Positions 46,742-56,425 of a stretch of DNA of 64,000 nucleotides are shown here, in pieces; the stretch's first letter is position 1; each line of letters starts with the position of its first letter. This DNA comes from an uncultured Chloroflexia bacterium (lineage in GTDB: Bacteria > Chloroflexota > Limnocylindria > Limnocylindrales > CSP1-4): NCBI GenBank assembly GCA_963833225.1, contig CAWHXD010000017.1:224001-288000 (forward strand). Reading direction: 5' to 3'. The translations under genes were made by a program, and so were the position numbers. The notes under the pieces are model-generated. The model saw only the letters and a program-made list of their open reading frames with translations, was not told the origin of the DNA and ran no database searches.

Positions 46742-48504
46742 CGGGGCTCCTCGGGAGCAGTGTGGCGGCCCGGGTGGAACCCCGGGGCCTCGAACACATG
46801 GGCTGCGCACGCCGCGCACGGCGCGAACGAATGGATGACCCGGAGGAGCTCCACGGGCCTGGCCGGGTCCACCACCGCAACGCCTTCGAGCGCCGACTCC
46901 ATCGGGCCGGGCATCCCCCGGGCATCTCGCGGGGACGCGTTCCACGTCGACCCGTCGACGACCTGGTAGTGGTCGATCACCGCATCCTTGATCCGCAGCC
47001 AGTGACCGACGGACCCGCGGGGCCCCTCACCCAGCGACCAGCCCTCCACCTCCGACGGCCAGGAGACCGGATCCCACAGCTCAACGCTCGCGATGGCCAC
47101 GTCGCCGGTCGCGAGGCTGGCAGCGAGGTCGTCGAGCCAGCCCGCGAGGGCGGTCGTCACGACATCGAGCTCCACGGCCCGGGCAAGCGTTCGTCCCAGG
47201 GCACCGGTCACCTGCGCCGATGACAGACCCGCGTCGCCGAGCATCCGCCCGAACGACTCCCGGATCTCCGGCCGTCCATTCGCGGTGCCCACGAGGACAC
47301 GCGCCAGGGGGCCCGTCTCCATCACGAGCCCATCGAGCCGGGCGGACTTGACCCACGTGTACTTCTCGCCGGCATTGAGCTGCGAGAGGGGGATCTGCCC
47401 GGTGTACCTGGGCGTCGTCTCGCCCTCGGCGGGCGGGCGGAGCGAGTCGTCGACGTCGCTGTAGGCGTACCAGGCGTGTGAGACGGACTCCCCGACCGAT
47501 GCCTCGGCCACCGGCTTGGGTCCCTCGAGGTTGCCGCCGACCAGCCGTCCGCTCGAGAACAGGCGAGCCGGATCCCGGCTGGCGTCATCGGGGAACTCGC
47601 CGCTGCACAGGTAGTTGCCCGGCCCCGCCCCGATGGTGAGCCATTCCGGGTACGCCGCCATCAGCAGGGCGGTGTCCGGCAGCACGACCTGGTCGACGAA
47701 GGTCCGAGCGCTCCGCACGAGCGTCCGCATCAGCGCGATGCCCTCGTCGCTCAGGGCGAGGGGAGCGTTGTGATCCGGCACCTGGGGGTGCTGCCGGGTC
47801 TTGGCCACGTCGGGGCCACCCCACGGCGGCGCGAGCGCCATGCCGCCGACGAGGAAGGTCTGCGGGTGGGCCTCCTTGCCCGACAGCAGCGTGTGGATCC
47901 GCATGAAGTCCCGCTGCCAGTCCAGCGCGTCGAGGGCGTGGGTCATCAACAGCAGGCTCTGTTCCGGGCTCAGCAGATAGGCCGGGTGACCTGCCCAGGC
48001 CGGCGCGAACGGGCCCGGCTGCGAGGACGACACGACGGCAGCCAGGCGATCCCGGATCGACGCGAAGACCTCTGGCGTGGCTCCCGGCCAGGCGCTGCGA
48101 CCCTGGGCGAGCCGCGCGGTCGCTCCGGGGTCCGCGGTGATGGCCGCCGTCACGTCGACCCACTCGGGCAGGGCTCGCTGGTAGAGCGTCATCACGTGGT
48201 CGCGGACGAGCAGCGCGCCGCCGAGGACGTTGCGGATCAGGCGCGCGTTGGCCGGGATCTCGATCCCCAGCGCCTGCTCGACCGCGCGCACGGACGCGAG
48301 CGCGTGGACGCCGGTGCACGTCCCGCAGATGCGCTGCGCGAGCAGCCACGCGTCGCGCGGGTCGCGGCCGCGGAGCACCGACTCCATGCCGCGGAACATC
48401 GTGGCCGAGGCCCAGGCCGCGGACACGGAGCCGGCGGTGACGTCGGCCTCGACGCGGAGCTGGCCACCGAGGCGGGTGACGGGGTCGATGACGATGCGGG
48501 CCAT
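46738..48504 (-). CDS. group 1 [NiFe]-hydrogenase-like large subunit (atypical motifs)
   Basis: RICGTC...H, ETGPLAR, EGPRG..GHW, TWNASPRD, PCAACAAH plus cleavable tail. Confidence 0.92.
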   Translation of the reverse strand: MARIVIDPVTRLGGQLRVEADVTAGSVSAAWASATMFRGMESVLRGRDPRDAWLLAQRICGTCTGVHALASVRAVEQALGIEIPANARLIRNVLGGALLVRDHVMTLYQRALPEWVDVTAAITADPGATARLAQGRSAWPGATPEVFASIRDRLAAVVSSSQPGPFAPAWAGHPAYLLSPEQSLLLMTHALDALDWQRDFMRIHTLLSGKEAHPQTFLVGGMALAPPWGGPDVAKTRQHPQVPDHNAPLALSDEGIALMRTLVRSARTFVDQVVLPDTALLMAAYPEWLTIGAGPGNYLCSGEFPDDASRDPARLFSSGRLVGGNLEGPKPVAEASVGESVSHAWYAYSDVDDSLRPPAEGETTPRYTGQIPLSQLNAGEKYTWVKSARLDGLVMETGPLARVLVGTANGRPEIRESFGRMLGDAGLSSAQVTGALGRTLARAVELDVVTTALAGWLDDLAASLATGDVAIASVELWDPVSWPSEVEGWSLGEGPRGSVGHWLRIKDAVIDHYQVVDGSTWNASPRDARGMPGPMESALEGVAVVDPARPVELLRVIHSFAPCAACAAHVFEAPGFHPGRHTAPEEPR

Positions 48505-48505
48505 C

Positions 48506-49741
48506 TCAGCGCTCCTCGGTCATCGGAGCGTCGGGGGCGGCCACGCCCTCCGGATCGGACGGGGCCGGACTGGTCGTCTCGGGCGGGGCGGGATCAATCG
48601 TCTCGGGGGTGGCCGCATCGACAGCCTCCGCGACCGCGGCTCCCTCGGCGGCGGCGAGCGCTTCACGGCGCTCGTTCCGCGCGCGTCGCCGGTACCTCAC
48701 GCTCATGCCTACCGCGTGCGCGGCGGCCACCGCGCCGATACCGCCGACCATCGCGGCGCCCACGACATCCGTGGTCAGGTTCGGGAGGAATGGCACCGGG
48801 GACGGGAGACGGCGATACGCGGGGCCCATCTGTTCCCAGAAGTTGGGGGTCACGCAGCCGATGCAGCCGTGGCCGGCGCGAATGTTCCAGCTCACGCCCT
48901 CGCCGTAGCGAACGACCGGGCAGTTGCCCATGCTCTCGGGGCCCTTGCAGCCGACCTTGTACAGGCACCAGCCACGCTGGGCGCCCTCGTCGCCCCAGGC
49001 GAGGGCGAACTCGCCGAACTCGAAGTGGGGCCGGCGCTCGCACTCGTTGTGGATCAGGTTGCCGTAGGCGGCGAGGGGCCGGCTGGCGAGGTCGAGCGCC
49101 GGCCACTCGTTGAACGTGAGGTAGTGGACGATGACCGACACCAGGTTGACGACATTCATCGGGCAGCCGGGCAGGGCGATGAGCTTGGTATCGCCGGCGA
49201 TGCCACGGATCCCGTGCGCCTCCGTGAGACCACCTGGCGCCGCCGGCGCACCACCGTCCACGGCGCACGAGCCCACGGCGATGACCGCGAGGGCGCCCGC
49301 GATGACCTCCCGGGCGACGTCGCGAACGGGCCGGCCGCCAACCAGGCAATAGGCACCCGAGGCACCGTCGGGGATCGATCCCTCCACGACCGCGACGTAC
49401 CCCTTCGGGTAGCGCTCCATGGCGGTGGCCCGGGCCGCGTCCGCCCCGGCGCCGGAGGTCGCCATCAGCGACTGGTGGTATTCGAGTGACAGCGTGTCGA
49501 GCAGCAGCGTCTCGATCGTTGGATCCGGGCTGCGCAGGAACGATTCGGTGTTGCCGCTGCACGTCTGGCCCCGGACCCAGATCACGGGCAGGCGCGGCGC
49601 GGTCTCGAGCGCCGCCGCGATCCGTGGCGCGTACGACGCCGGCAGCGCGAGCGCCGCGGCCATCGCCGAGGAGAGCTTGATGAACGTTCGACGGGTCATC
49701 CCGCGCGCCAGCAGGGCGGCGTACAGACCGGCGTCGTCCAT
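48506..49741 (-). CDS. group 1 [NiFe]-hydrogenase small subunit, Tat-exported, C-terminal TM anchor
   Basis: TRRTFIK Tat motif, CSGNTESF, GSCA, PGCP, HNEC.RR, WCLYKVGCKGP, GHGCIGC. Confidence 0.93.
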   Translation of the reverse strand: MDDAGLYAALLARGMTRRTFIKLSSAMAAALALPASYAPRIAAALETAPRLPVIWVRGQTCSGNTESFLRSPDPTIETLLLDTLSLEYHQSLMATSGAGADAARATAMERYPKGYVAVVEGSIPDGASGAYCLVGGRPVRDVAREVIAGALAVIAVGSCAVDGGAPAAPGGLTEAHGIRGIAGDTKLIALPGCPMNVVNLVSVIVHYLTFNEWPALDLASRPLAAYGNLIHNECERRPHFEFGEFALAWGDEGAQRGWCLYKVGCKGPESMGNCPVVRYGEGVSWNIRAGHGCIGCVTPNFWEQMGPAYRRLPSPVPFLPNLTTDVVGAAMVGGIGAVAAAHAVGMSVRYRRRARNERREALAAAEGAAVAEAVDAATPETIDPAPPETTSPAPSDPEGVAAPDAPMTEER

Positions 49742-49997
49742 CTTGTCTCACTTCCTGGCCGGCGCGACGGGCGGAGCCGGAGGCTCCGCGACGGGCGCAC
49801 CACTACATACCCACGGGACGCACTTCAGATCGTGACGGACTGGGGTACGGTCGCGGACCTGCCATCGGTGAGCGCACTGGGGTTCGAAGGGCACCCGGAT
49901 CGGGCCCGGATGGCCCGGGGCCGTTGGGGGCCTGACGGCCCGTCCCGGGCGGGGGCAACGGCCTGCCGCCGCAGCTGGCCAGTGGCGCGGGGCCTCC

Positions 49998-52106
49998 TCA
50001 GGCCACCCGGGCCTCCTCGACGGGTGCCTCGAACCCCGGCTCCTCGACAGGATCGTCGCGCCGGTAGGGCACATCCACGACCACGGTGTGCGGCCGCCCC
50101 AGCAGGATCGTTCGCAGTCGCCGCGCCGACTGGTTGTACAGCACCCGCTCCCACCAGTGGCGGGCAACGTACTCAGGGACCACCACGAAGGTGATCGGCT
50201 CCAGCCGATCCGGCGGCCAGGCACGGTCAAGGACGTCGAGGTAGGCGACCAGCGGACCGGCGAGGGCCCGGTATGGGCTCTCCACGATGACCAGCGGCAC
50301 GCCGGGAACCTGGCGCTCCCAGCGGGTCCGCATCTTCGCGGAATGCTCGGGGTCCACGCTGATGTAGACGGCGCTCACGTCGTCCGTGATGGATCGGGCG
50401 ACGTTGACGGCCCGCACGACCGCACGGTTGAGCGACGGGACCGGAACGATCGCGCGGTCCAGGCGGGTGGGTGGCCCGACGACGTAGTCCGGGCGGATCG
50501 CCAGCTGCGTTGCCGAGGCGGCGTACTGCCTCCGGATGAACAGCATCGCGACCACCATGGTTGGGACCAGGACCGCCACGATCCACGCCCCGGCCTCGAA
50601 CTTCTCGCTCAGCACGATGATCAGGACGACAAAGGTCAGCATTGCCCCGAAGGCGTTGATCCCCAGTCGCCACCACCAGCCCGGGACGCGGCCACGCAGC
50701 CAGTGGCGGACCATGCCGGCCTGGCTCAGGGTGAAGCACACGAACACGCCAACCGAGTACAGCGGGATGAGGCTCGTGGTGTTGCCCCTGAAGGCGACGT
50801 ACAGGCCGGCGGCGATCCCGGCCAGCAGCACGATGCCCCAGCTGTAGGCGAGGCGATCACCGCGAAACGAGAACTGGCGCGGGAAGTAGCCGTCCTGGGC
50901 CAGGATCGCGGCCAGCCGCGGGAAGGCGTTGAAGCTGGTGTTCGCCGCGAGGAACAGGATGAGCGCGGTCGCCAGCTGGAACACGTAGAACGGCGGGCTC
51001 CCGGCGCCGAATGCGGTCTGGGCCACCAGCGCAATGACCGTCGGTCCGCCGGAGAGCGGCTCGGACGGCAGGATGTCGTAGGCGCGCGCGATCACGGTGG
51101 CCCCGATGAAGATGACCCCCAGCAGGGCTGCCATGGCGAGCATCGTGTTGCCGGCGTTCCTGGCTTCCGGCGGTTTGAATGCCGGGACGCCGTTGGCGAT
51201 CGCCTCAACGCCGGTCAGCGCGACAGAGCCGCTCGCGAACGCGCGCAGGATGAGGAACAGGCCGAGCGGCTCCGTCCCGAGTGACACGATCTCGGGTGGG
51301 TGGGGCAGCGGGTCAACCGCGCCGGTCATGATCCGGAGCACACCGTTGATCACGATGAACAGGGCCATCGAGACGAACAGGTACGTCGGGACGGCAAAGA
51401 TGTTCCCCGACTCGCGGAGTCCACGCAGATTGGCGATCGTGATCAGGGCGATGACGCCGACGGCGACCTCGATGCGGACCAGCTCCAGGCCAGGCAGGAT
51501 GGAGATCAGCTGGTCCATCGCCGACGAGGTGGAGACCGCCACCGTCATCACGTAGTCGATCAGCAGCGCCGCGGCGGCCACGAGCCCGAGGATCGGGCGC
51601 AGCTCCTGGCGGGCGACCGCGTAGGCGCCGCCTCCCCCGGGAAACGCGTTGCAGACCTGCCGGTAGGAGATCGCGACCACCGCCAACAGGATCGAGATCG
51701 CGATCGCGACCTCGATGGAGACCAGCAGCGCACCCGCACCCGCGAGCACCAGGACGCGCAGGATCTCCTCCGTGGCGTAGGCGGAGGACGAGATGGCATC
51801 GGAGCTGAAGATCGGCAGCGCGAGCCGCTTGGACAGGCGTTCGCCAATCTCCTCTTCGGACGCGAGTGGGCGCCCGATCAGCCACGCCTTCCAGCGGAGA
51901 AGGGACCGGCCGAACCCTGACCTTGGCAGCGACGCCTCCGGCTTGGCGACCAGCTGGTTGGGTCCCGTATATCGGAAGTACGGCGAGTGTGGCCGATCGA
52001 CGCGCACGCGGCGGTCGCCCGGCTTGCGCCCGGTGATGGGTCGGCGACCGCGGATCACGGGTGGGACCTCAGGATGGCTGGATGCGGATATTGGGCTTGG
52101 CTGCAT
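49998..52106 (-). CDS. APC-family permease, KimA/YdaO-like K+ transporter
   Basis: FSSDAISSSAYATEEIL, GGGAY, DYVMTVAVS, NLRGLRESG, ALTGVEAIANGV, VESPYR, LYNQSA. Confidence 0.88.
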   Translation of the reverse strand: MQPSPISASSHPEVPPVIRGRRPITGRKPGDRRVRVDRPHSPYFRYTGPNQLVAKPEASLPRSGFGRSLLRWKAWLIGRPLASEEEIGERLSKRLALPIFSSDAISSSAYATEEILRVLVLAGAGALLVSIEVAIAISILLAVVAISYRQVCNAFPGGGGAYAVARQELRPILGLVAAAALLIDYVMTVAVSTSSAMDQLISILPGLELVRIEVAVGVIALITIANLRGLRESGNIFAVPTYLFVSMALFIVINGVLRIMTGAVDPLPHPPEIVSLGTEPLGLFLILRAFASGSVALTGVEAIANGVPAFKPPEARNAGNTMLAMAALLGVIFIGATVIARAYDILPSEPLSGGPTVIALVAQTAFGAGSPPFYVFQLATALILFLAANTSFNAFPRLAAILAQDGYFPRQFSFRGDRLAYSWGIVLLAGIAAGLYVAFRGNTTSLIPLYSVGVFVCFTLSQAGMVRHWLRGRVPGWWWRLGINAFGAMLTFVVLIIVLSEKFEAGAWIVAVLVPTMVVAMLFIRRQYAASATQLAIRPDYVVGPPTRLDRAIVPVPSLNRAVVRAVNVARSITDDVSAVYISVDPEHSAKMRTRWERQVPGVPLVIVESPYRALAGPLVAYLDVLDRAWPPDRLEPITFVVVPEYVARHWWERVLYNQSARRLRTILLGRPHTVVVDVPYRRDDPVEEPGFEAPVEEARVA

Positions 52107-52366
52107 CAGCAGATGGGCTCGACAACGACGTCAATGCGATCATCGCGGGCAGTGGGGCGGGCTAGCAGCCGGACGCCGGCCTCGAGCGCCGGACGTCTCT
52201 GGCGCTCCAGGACCTCATCGCCGCACGCGATCCCAGCCACCAGGACGCGACGTGCCCCGTGGGCGGCGACGAGGAGGATCGCCTCGCGAACGAGGCGCTC
52301 CTCCCCGCGCCACGGCTCCGACAGGGACGCGGGGGGCACGGGGGCAGGATGCCGCTCACTGATCAC
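52106..52366 (-). CDS. small hypothetical protein
   Basis: Stop overlaps the permease start; plausible composition. Confidence 0.55.
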   Translation of the reverse strand: MISERHPAPVPPASLSEPWRGEERLVREAILLVAAHGARRVLVAGIACGDEVLERQRRPALEAGVRLLARPTARDDRIDVVVEPIC

Positions 52367-52420
52367 CGGACGAGCATCCGGCGGGGCACCAAGAGGGATC
52401 GGCAGCGAACGGGCCTCGGA

Positions 52421-52438
52421 TCCCTAAGGATTCCCTAA
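52421..52438. promoter_or_regulatory. 11-bp-period direct repeat TCCCTAA, candidate KdpE-like binding site
   Basis: TCCCTAAggatTCCCTAA at the end of the regulator gene, upstream of the permease unit. Confidence 0.5.
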
Positions 52439-53190
52439 AGACTCGTCCCGGGCGGCTCAGCATCTTCGGCAACCTCGGCGATCCGGTAGCCCACACCGGG
52501 CTCGGTCACGATCAGACCGTCGAGACGGTGATCAGGATCCGCGGCCGCGAGCTTCCGGCGCAGCTGGCTGACATGGACGTAGACGTAGCTGTCCTCACCC
52601 TGGTACGCCTCGCCCCAGACGGCACGGAGCAGACGGCCCTTGGTGACCACCCGTCCTCGATGGGTCAGGAGCACCCGCAGCAGCTCGAACTCCCTGGGCG
52701 TGAGATCGAGGGCGCGGCCACCGATCCGGACCGCGTGGCCCGCGACGTCGAGCACGAGGGGCCCCGCGGTGACGCGACCCGCCTGGTCGCCGGCCGGGCC
52801 TGCGGCACGCCGTAGCGCCACGCGGATGCGCGCGCGCAGCTCGTCGACCCCGAATGGCTTGGTCACGTAGTCGTCAGCACCGCGGTCGAGAGCCTCAACC
52901 TTCTCGTGCTCCTCGTATCGTCCGGACAGGATCACGATCGGTGTGGCGGCCTCGCGCCGGATAGCGGACACCACGCGTAGCCCATCCATGTCCGGCAGGC
53001 CGAGGTCAAGCAGCACGAGGTCCGGTCGTCGAGCCGCCCAGCGTTCGAGCGCCGTCCGCCCATCCGCCGCCTCCGCGACCGCGTAGCCTCCGGCCACCAG
53101 CTCGCGAACCAGGGCCGCCCGGGTCTCGGTGTCGTCTTCGACGACCAGGATCGTCGCACCCGAGCCGATGGGCACCGGGGGCCGCATCAC
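52435..53190 (-). CDS. kdpE: KdpE-like response regulator
   Basis: LLDLGLPDMDG, KVEALDRGADDYVTKPF, LLRAVWG, VTEPGVGY. Confidence 0.85.
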   Translation of the reverse strand: MMRPPVPIGSGATILVVEDDTETRAALVRELVAGGYAVAEAADGRTALERWAARRPDLVLLDLGLPDMDGLRVVSAIRREAATPIVILSGRYEEHEKVEALDRGADDYVTKPFGVDELRARIRVALRRAAGPAGDQAGRVTAGPLVLDVAGHAVRIGGRALDLTPREFELLRVLLTHRGRVVTKGRLLRAVWGEAYQGEDSYVYVHVSQLRRKLAAADPDHRLDGLIVTEPGVGYRIAEVAEDAEPPGTSL

Positions 53191-54755
53191 GCCGTCGCCT
53201 CCGCCGGCGACGGTTCGGCGAGGCCGTCCGGCACGCGTGTTGCCGGCAGGTCGATATCCACCGCAAGCCCACCAAGCTCGCTGCGGCGGGCGGCCACGCG
53301 CCCGCCGGTGGCCTCGACCAGCCCGCGCGCCACCGCGAGGCCGATCCCAGTCCCTTCCCGCGACGACCACCGGCGATTCGGGACCCGGTAGAACTTCTCG
53401 AACAGGCGCGGCAGCAGCTCGTCCGGCACGCCCGGCCCATCGTCCTCGATCGTGAGCCGGACCCGGTCGGGGTCGAGGTCCCGGGCCGTCACCCGGATCC
53501 GCGCTCCATCGGGCGTGTACTTCACCGCGTTGTCGAGGACGTTGCCAGCGGCTTCGTCCACGAATACCGGGTCCGCGGACACCGGGACTGCCCGGAGGTC
53601 GACGTCCAGGCGGCGGCCCGCGAGGCGGGTCCGCGTGCTCTCGACCGAGCGGGTCAGCAGATCGTCGAGATCGAACAGCTCACGCACCGGTCGCAGGGCC
53701 CCCGCCTCGATCCGCGACAGGTCCAGGAGATTTGTCACGAGTCGGTTGAGGTAGGCGACCTCCCGCTCGATGGCGTCGGCGCTCGCCTGCCGGTCCATAT
53801 CCGACAGCGCGCCGTCGGGCCGCAGGCTCCCCGCTGCCGCGCGGATCGTCGCCAGCGGCGTCCGCAGGTCATGCGAGACCGATTGGAGGAGCGCGGACTT
53901 GAGGGCGTCACTCTGGCGGGCCACCTCCGCCGCGCGTGTCTGGTCCTCGGACCGCTCGACGGCGATCGCCTGCCCCACCTGGCCCGCGGTCGCCGCCAGC
54001 AGCCGGGTCTGGATGCCGTCCGGCTCGCCCAGCGACCGGGCGCGCGTCGCCCAGATCGATCCGAGCGGCTCGCCGCCGGCCTCGATGCGGATGCGGTAGG
54101 CGTCACTGGGCGCCGAGGCGCGGATCATTCCCGGACGCTGGACGAGCACCCATCGCGGCGGCTGGTCATCGGGCAGGCGCTGGAGCACGCGAACGCGTCC
54201 GGGCTGGACAGGCGGGCGGCCCTCGCCGCTGTCGGCCGCCACGGTCTCCGTCGCCGGATCCGGGCCGATCCCGATCCAGGCACGTTCGAGATCGGCCTCC
54301 GCAGCGAGGACCTCGACGATCCCACGCAGCGCGCCGCGCATCGTGGTTCGACTGGCCAGCGAGCGGCTGACCCCGAACAGGGCGCGAGCCTCGCGCTCAC
54401 GGGCCGTGGCCGCCTCGGCACGCTCGCGCTGCGTGGCGGCCAGCCGGCCGACAACCACCCCGACGAACAGCAACAGCACGGTGCTGAGCAGCACGCCCGG
54501 GTCATGGATCAGGAAGGTGTAGCGAGGCTCGGTGAACCAGAAGTTGTAGAGCGCCGCGGAGCCCATCGCGGTCACGATCGCCCCGTCGGTGCCGACCAGC
54601 AGCGCCACGAACACCACGGCGACGAGATAGACGGCCGACGCGTTGTCGACGCCCAGGGCTCCCTCGAGCAGGGCGACGGCCGCCGTCGCCAGCGCGAGCG
54701 AGATGCCCGCTGCGGCGAGCAGCCGGACCAGGCGGCGGAGCGCAGTGGGCATCAT
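53187..54755 (-). CDS. KdpD-like sensor kinase (DUF4118 TM + GAF + HK; no N-terminal KdpD/Usp domains)
   Basis: YNFWFTEPRYTF, LLQSVSHDLRTPL, NLLDLSRIEAG, GTGIGLAV. Confidence 0.88.
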   Translation of the reverse strand: MMPTALRRLVRLLAAAGISLALATAAVALLEGALGVDNASAVYLVAVVFVALLVGTDGAIVTAMGSAALYNFWFTEPRYTFLIHDPGVLLSTVLLLFVGVVVGRLAATQRERAEAATAREREARALFGVSRSLASRTTMRGALRGIVEVLAAEADLERAWIGIGPDPATETVAADSGEGRPPVQPGRVRVLQRLPDDQPPRWVLVQRPGMIRASAPSDAYRIRIEAGGEPLGSIWATRARSLGEPDGIQTRLLAATAGQVGQAIAVERSEDQTRAAEVARQSDALKSALLQSVSHDLRTPLATIRAAAGSLRPDGALSDMDRQASADAIEREVAYLNRLVTNLLDLSRIEAGALRPVRELFDLDDLLTRSVESTRTRLAGRRLDVDLRAVPVSADPVFVDEAAGNVLDNAVKYTPDGARIRVTARDLDPDRVRLTIEDDGPGVPDELLPRLFEKFYRVPNRRWSSREGTGIGLAVARGLVEATGGRVAARRSELGGLAVDIDLPATRVPDGLAEPSPAEATA

Positions 54756-54980
54756 CGTTGAAGGTCGTCCGGCAGTCGGGCCGGAGCGCGTGGAGGTCGA
54801 GCGGCCCCCGGTATCCATGAGCTGGCGCGCTCCGTGCGCGTGCCGCGCAGCATATGGCACGACGGCCGACGATGAACTGGGCGTTCGGGCGCCCTGGGCC
54901 TGACCGGTCGGTTGCCGGTCGTTGCCGCCACGCAAGAGCCCCTCCTGGCAACCCGGAGGGGCTCGTTCGTGCATGAGAGA

Positions 54981-55055
54981 TGGTGAGCCCGCAGAGATTC
55001 GAACTCTGAACCTAGGGATTAAGAGTCCCCCGCTCTACCGTTGAGCTACGGGCCC
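54981..55055 (-). tRNA. tRNA-Lys(CTT)
   Basis: GGGCCCG acceptor stem, TAGCTCAACGGTAGAGC D arm, anticodon loop CTCTTAA, GTTCGAATC T loop, encoded CCA. Confidence 0.95.
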
Positions 55056-55148
55056 GGACCGCGGGAAGGATAACGCACATCTACGCGGGCGCGCGGCGGC
55101 CTTGGCGTCGCACCGGGCTCCTTGGCCGTGCCAGGAGCGGAGGGCTCG

Positions 55149-56384
55149 TTAGACCCGCTCGACCGCCATCGCCACCGAGCCACCACCGCCCAGGCAGAGC
55201 GTTGCGAGCCCGAGGGTGCCGCCGCGCCGCGCCAGCTCGTGGAGCAGCGTCGCCACGATCCGCGCGCCGCTGGCGCCGATCGGATGGCCCAGCGCGATCG
55301 CCCCGCCGTTGACGTTGACCTTCGCCCAGTCGAGACCCAGCTCGCGTCCATCGGCGAGCACCTGCGCCGCAAACGCCTCGTTCATCTCGACCAGGTCGTA
55401 GGCACCGGGAGCGATCCCGGTCCGCGCTTCGAGCGCACGGACTCCCTGGATCGGCGCCAGGAACAGCCACTTGGGCGTCACCTCCGCCTGGGCGTAGCCC
55501 ACGACCCGGGCCATCGGTCGCAGCCCGTACCGCTCCACCGCGCGCTCGGATGCCACGACCATGGCCGCCGCCCCATCGGTGATCCCGGGGGCGTTGCCGG
55601 CTGTCACGGTCCCGGTCGTCGCGCTGCCGCGATCGTCGCCGGTCGGCAGGTCGAACACCGGCTTGAGCCGGCCGAGCGCCTCGAGGGTCGTGTCGGCGCG
55701 CGGTCCCTCGTCCGCGGTGACCACCGTCTCGCGCCCCTTCGCATCGCGGACCGTGACCGGCGCCATCTCCGCGTCGAACCGGCCGTCCGCCTGGGCGGCC
55801 ACGGCGCGCCGGTGCGACTCCAGTGCGAAGGCGTCCTGGTCCTCGCGCGAGACCGCGCTGTGGATCGCGACCCGCTCGGCATGGGTGCCCATGTGGCAGT
55901 CCTCGATGGCGCACCACAGCCCATCGGTCACCGCAGCATCATCGAGCAATCCCCGGCCCAGGCGGTAGCCGAACCGCGCCTTGCCCAGCAGGAACGGCGC
56001 CTGGTTCATCGACTCCATCCCGCCCGCGACATACAGGTCCCCGTCGCCGGCGCGGATCCCGGCCGCGGCCAGCATGATCGCCTTGAGTCCCGACCCGCAC
56101 ACGCGGTTGATGGTCGTGGCCGGGGTGGTGTCGGCAAGGCCGGCCCGAAGCAGCGCCTGGCGCGCCGGAGCCTGGCCGGCGCCGGCCTGCAGCACCTGGC
56201 CCATCAGGACCTCGTCCACGTGGACATCGAGCGGCAGCCCGGAACGGTCGATCGCGGCCCGGATCGCCACGGCGCCCAGCTCCACGGCGGGGACCCCCGA
56301 GAGGGCACCGCCGAACTTGCCGATCGGGGTGCGGGCGGCACCGACGAGGAAGACATGGCCGTTGGGCTGCGCGCGCTGGTCCAT
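55149..56384 (-). CDS. acetyl-CoA C-acetyltransferase (thiolase)
   Basis: [26 protein letters not shown]. Confidence 0.96.
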   Translation of the reverse strand: MDQRAQPNGHVFLVGAARTPIGKFGGALSGVPAVELGAVAIRAAIDRSGLPLDVHVDEVLMGQVLQAGAGQAPARQALLRAGLADTTPATTINRVCGSGLKAIMLAAAGIRAGDGDLYVAGGMESMNQAPFLLGKARFGYRLGRGLLDDAAVTDGLWCAIEDCHMGTHAERVAIHSAVSREDQDAFALESHRRAVAAQADGRFDAEMAPVTVRDAKGRETVVTADEGPRADTTLEALGRLKPVFDLPTGDDRGSATTGTVTAGNAPGITDGAAAMVVASERAVERYGLRPMARVVGYAQAEVTPKWLFLAPIQGVRALEARTGIAPGAYDLVEMNEAFAAQVLADGRELGLDWAKVNVNGGAIALGHPIGASGARIVATLLHELARRGGTLGLATLCLGGGGSVAMAVERV

Positions 56385-56425
56385 TGCCCGACTCTACACC
56401 GCGGCGGGATGGCGGGCCGGGGGCG

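Noticed and set aside
54981-55000. tRNA-Lys as an island integration site
   Set aside because: No duplicated tRNA 3' end or integrase was noticed in the window.
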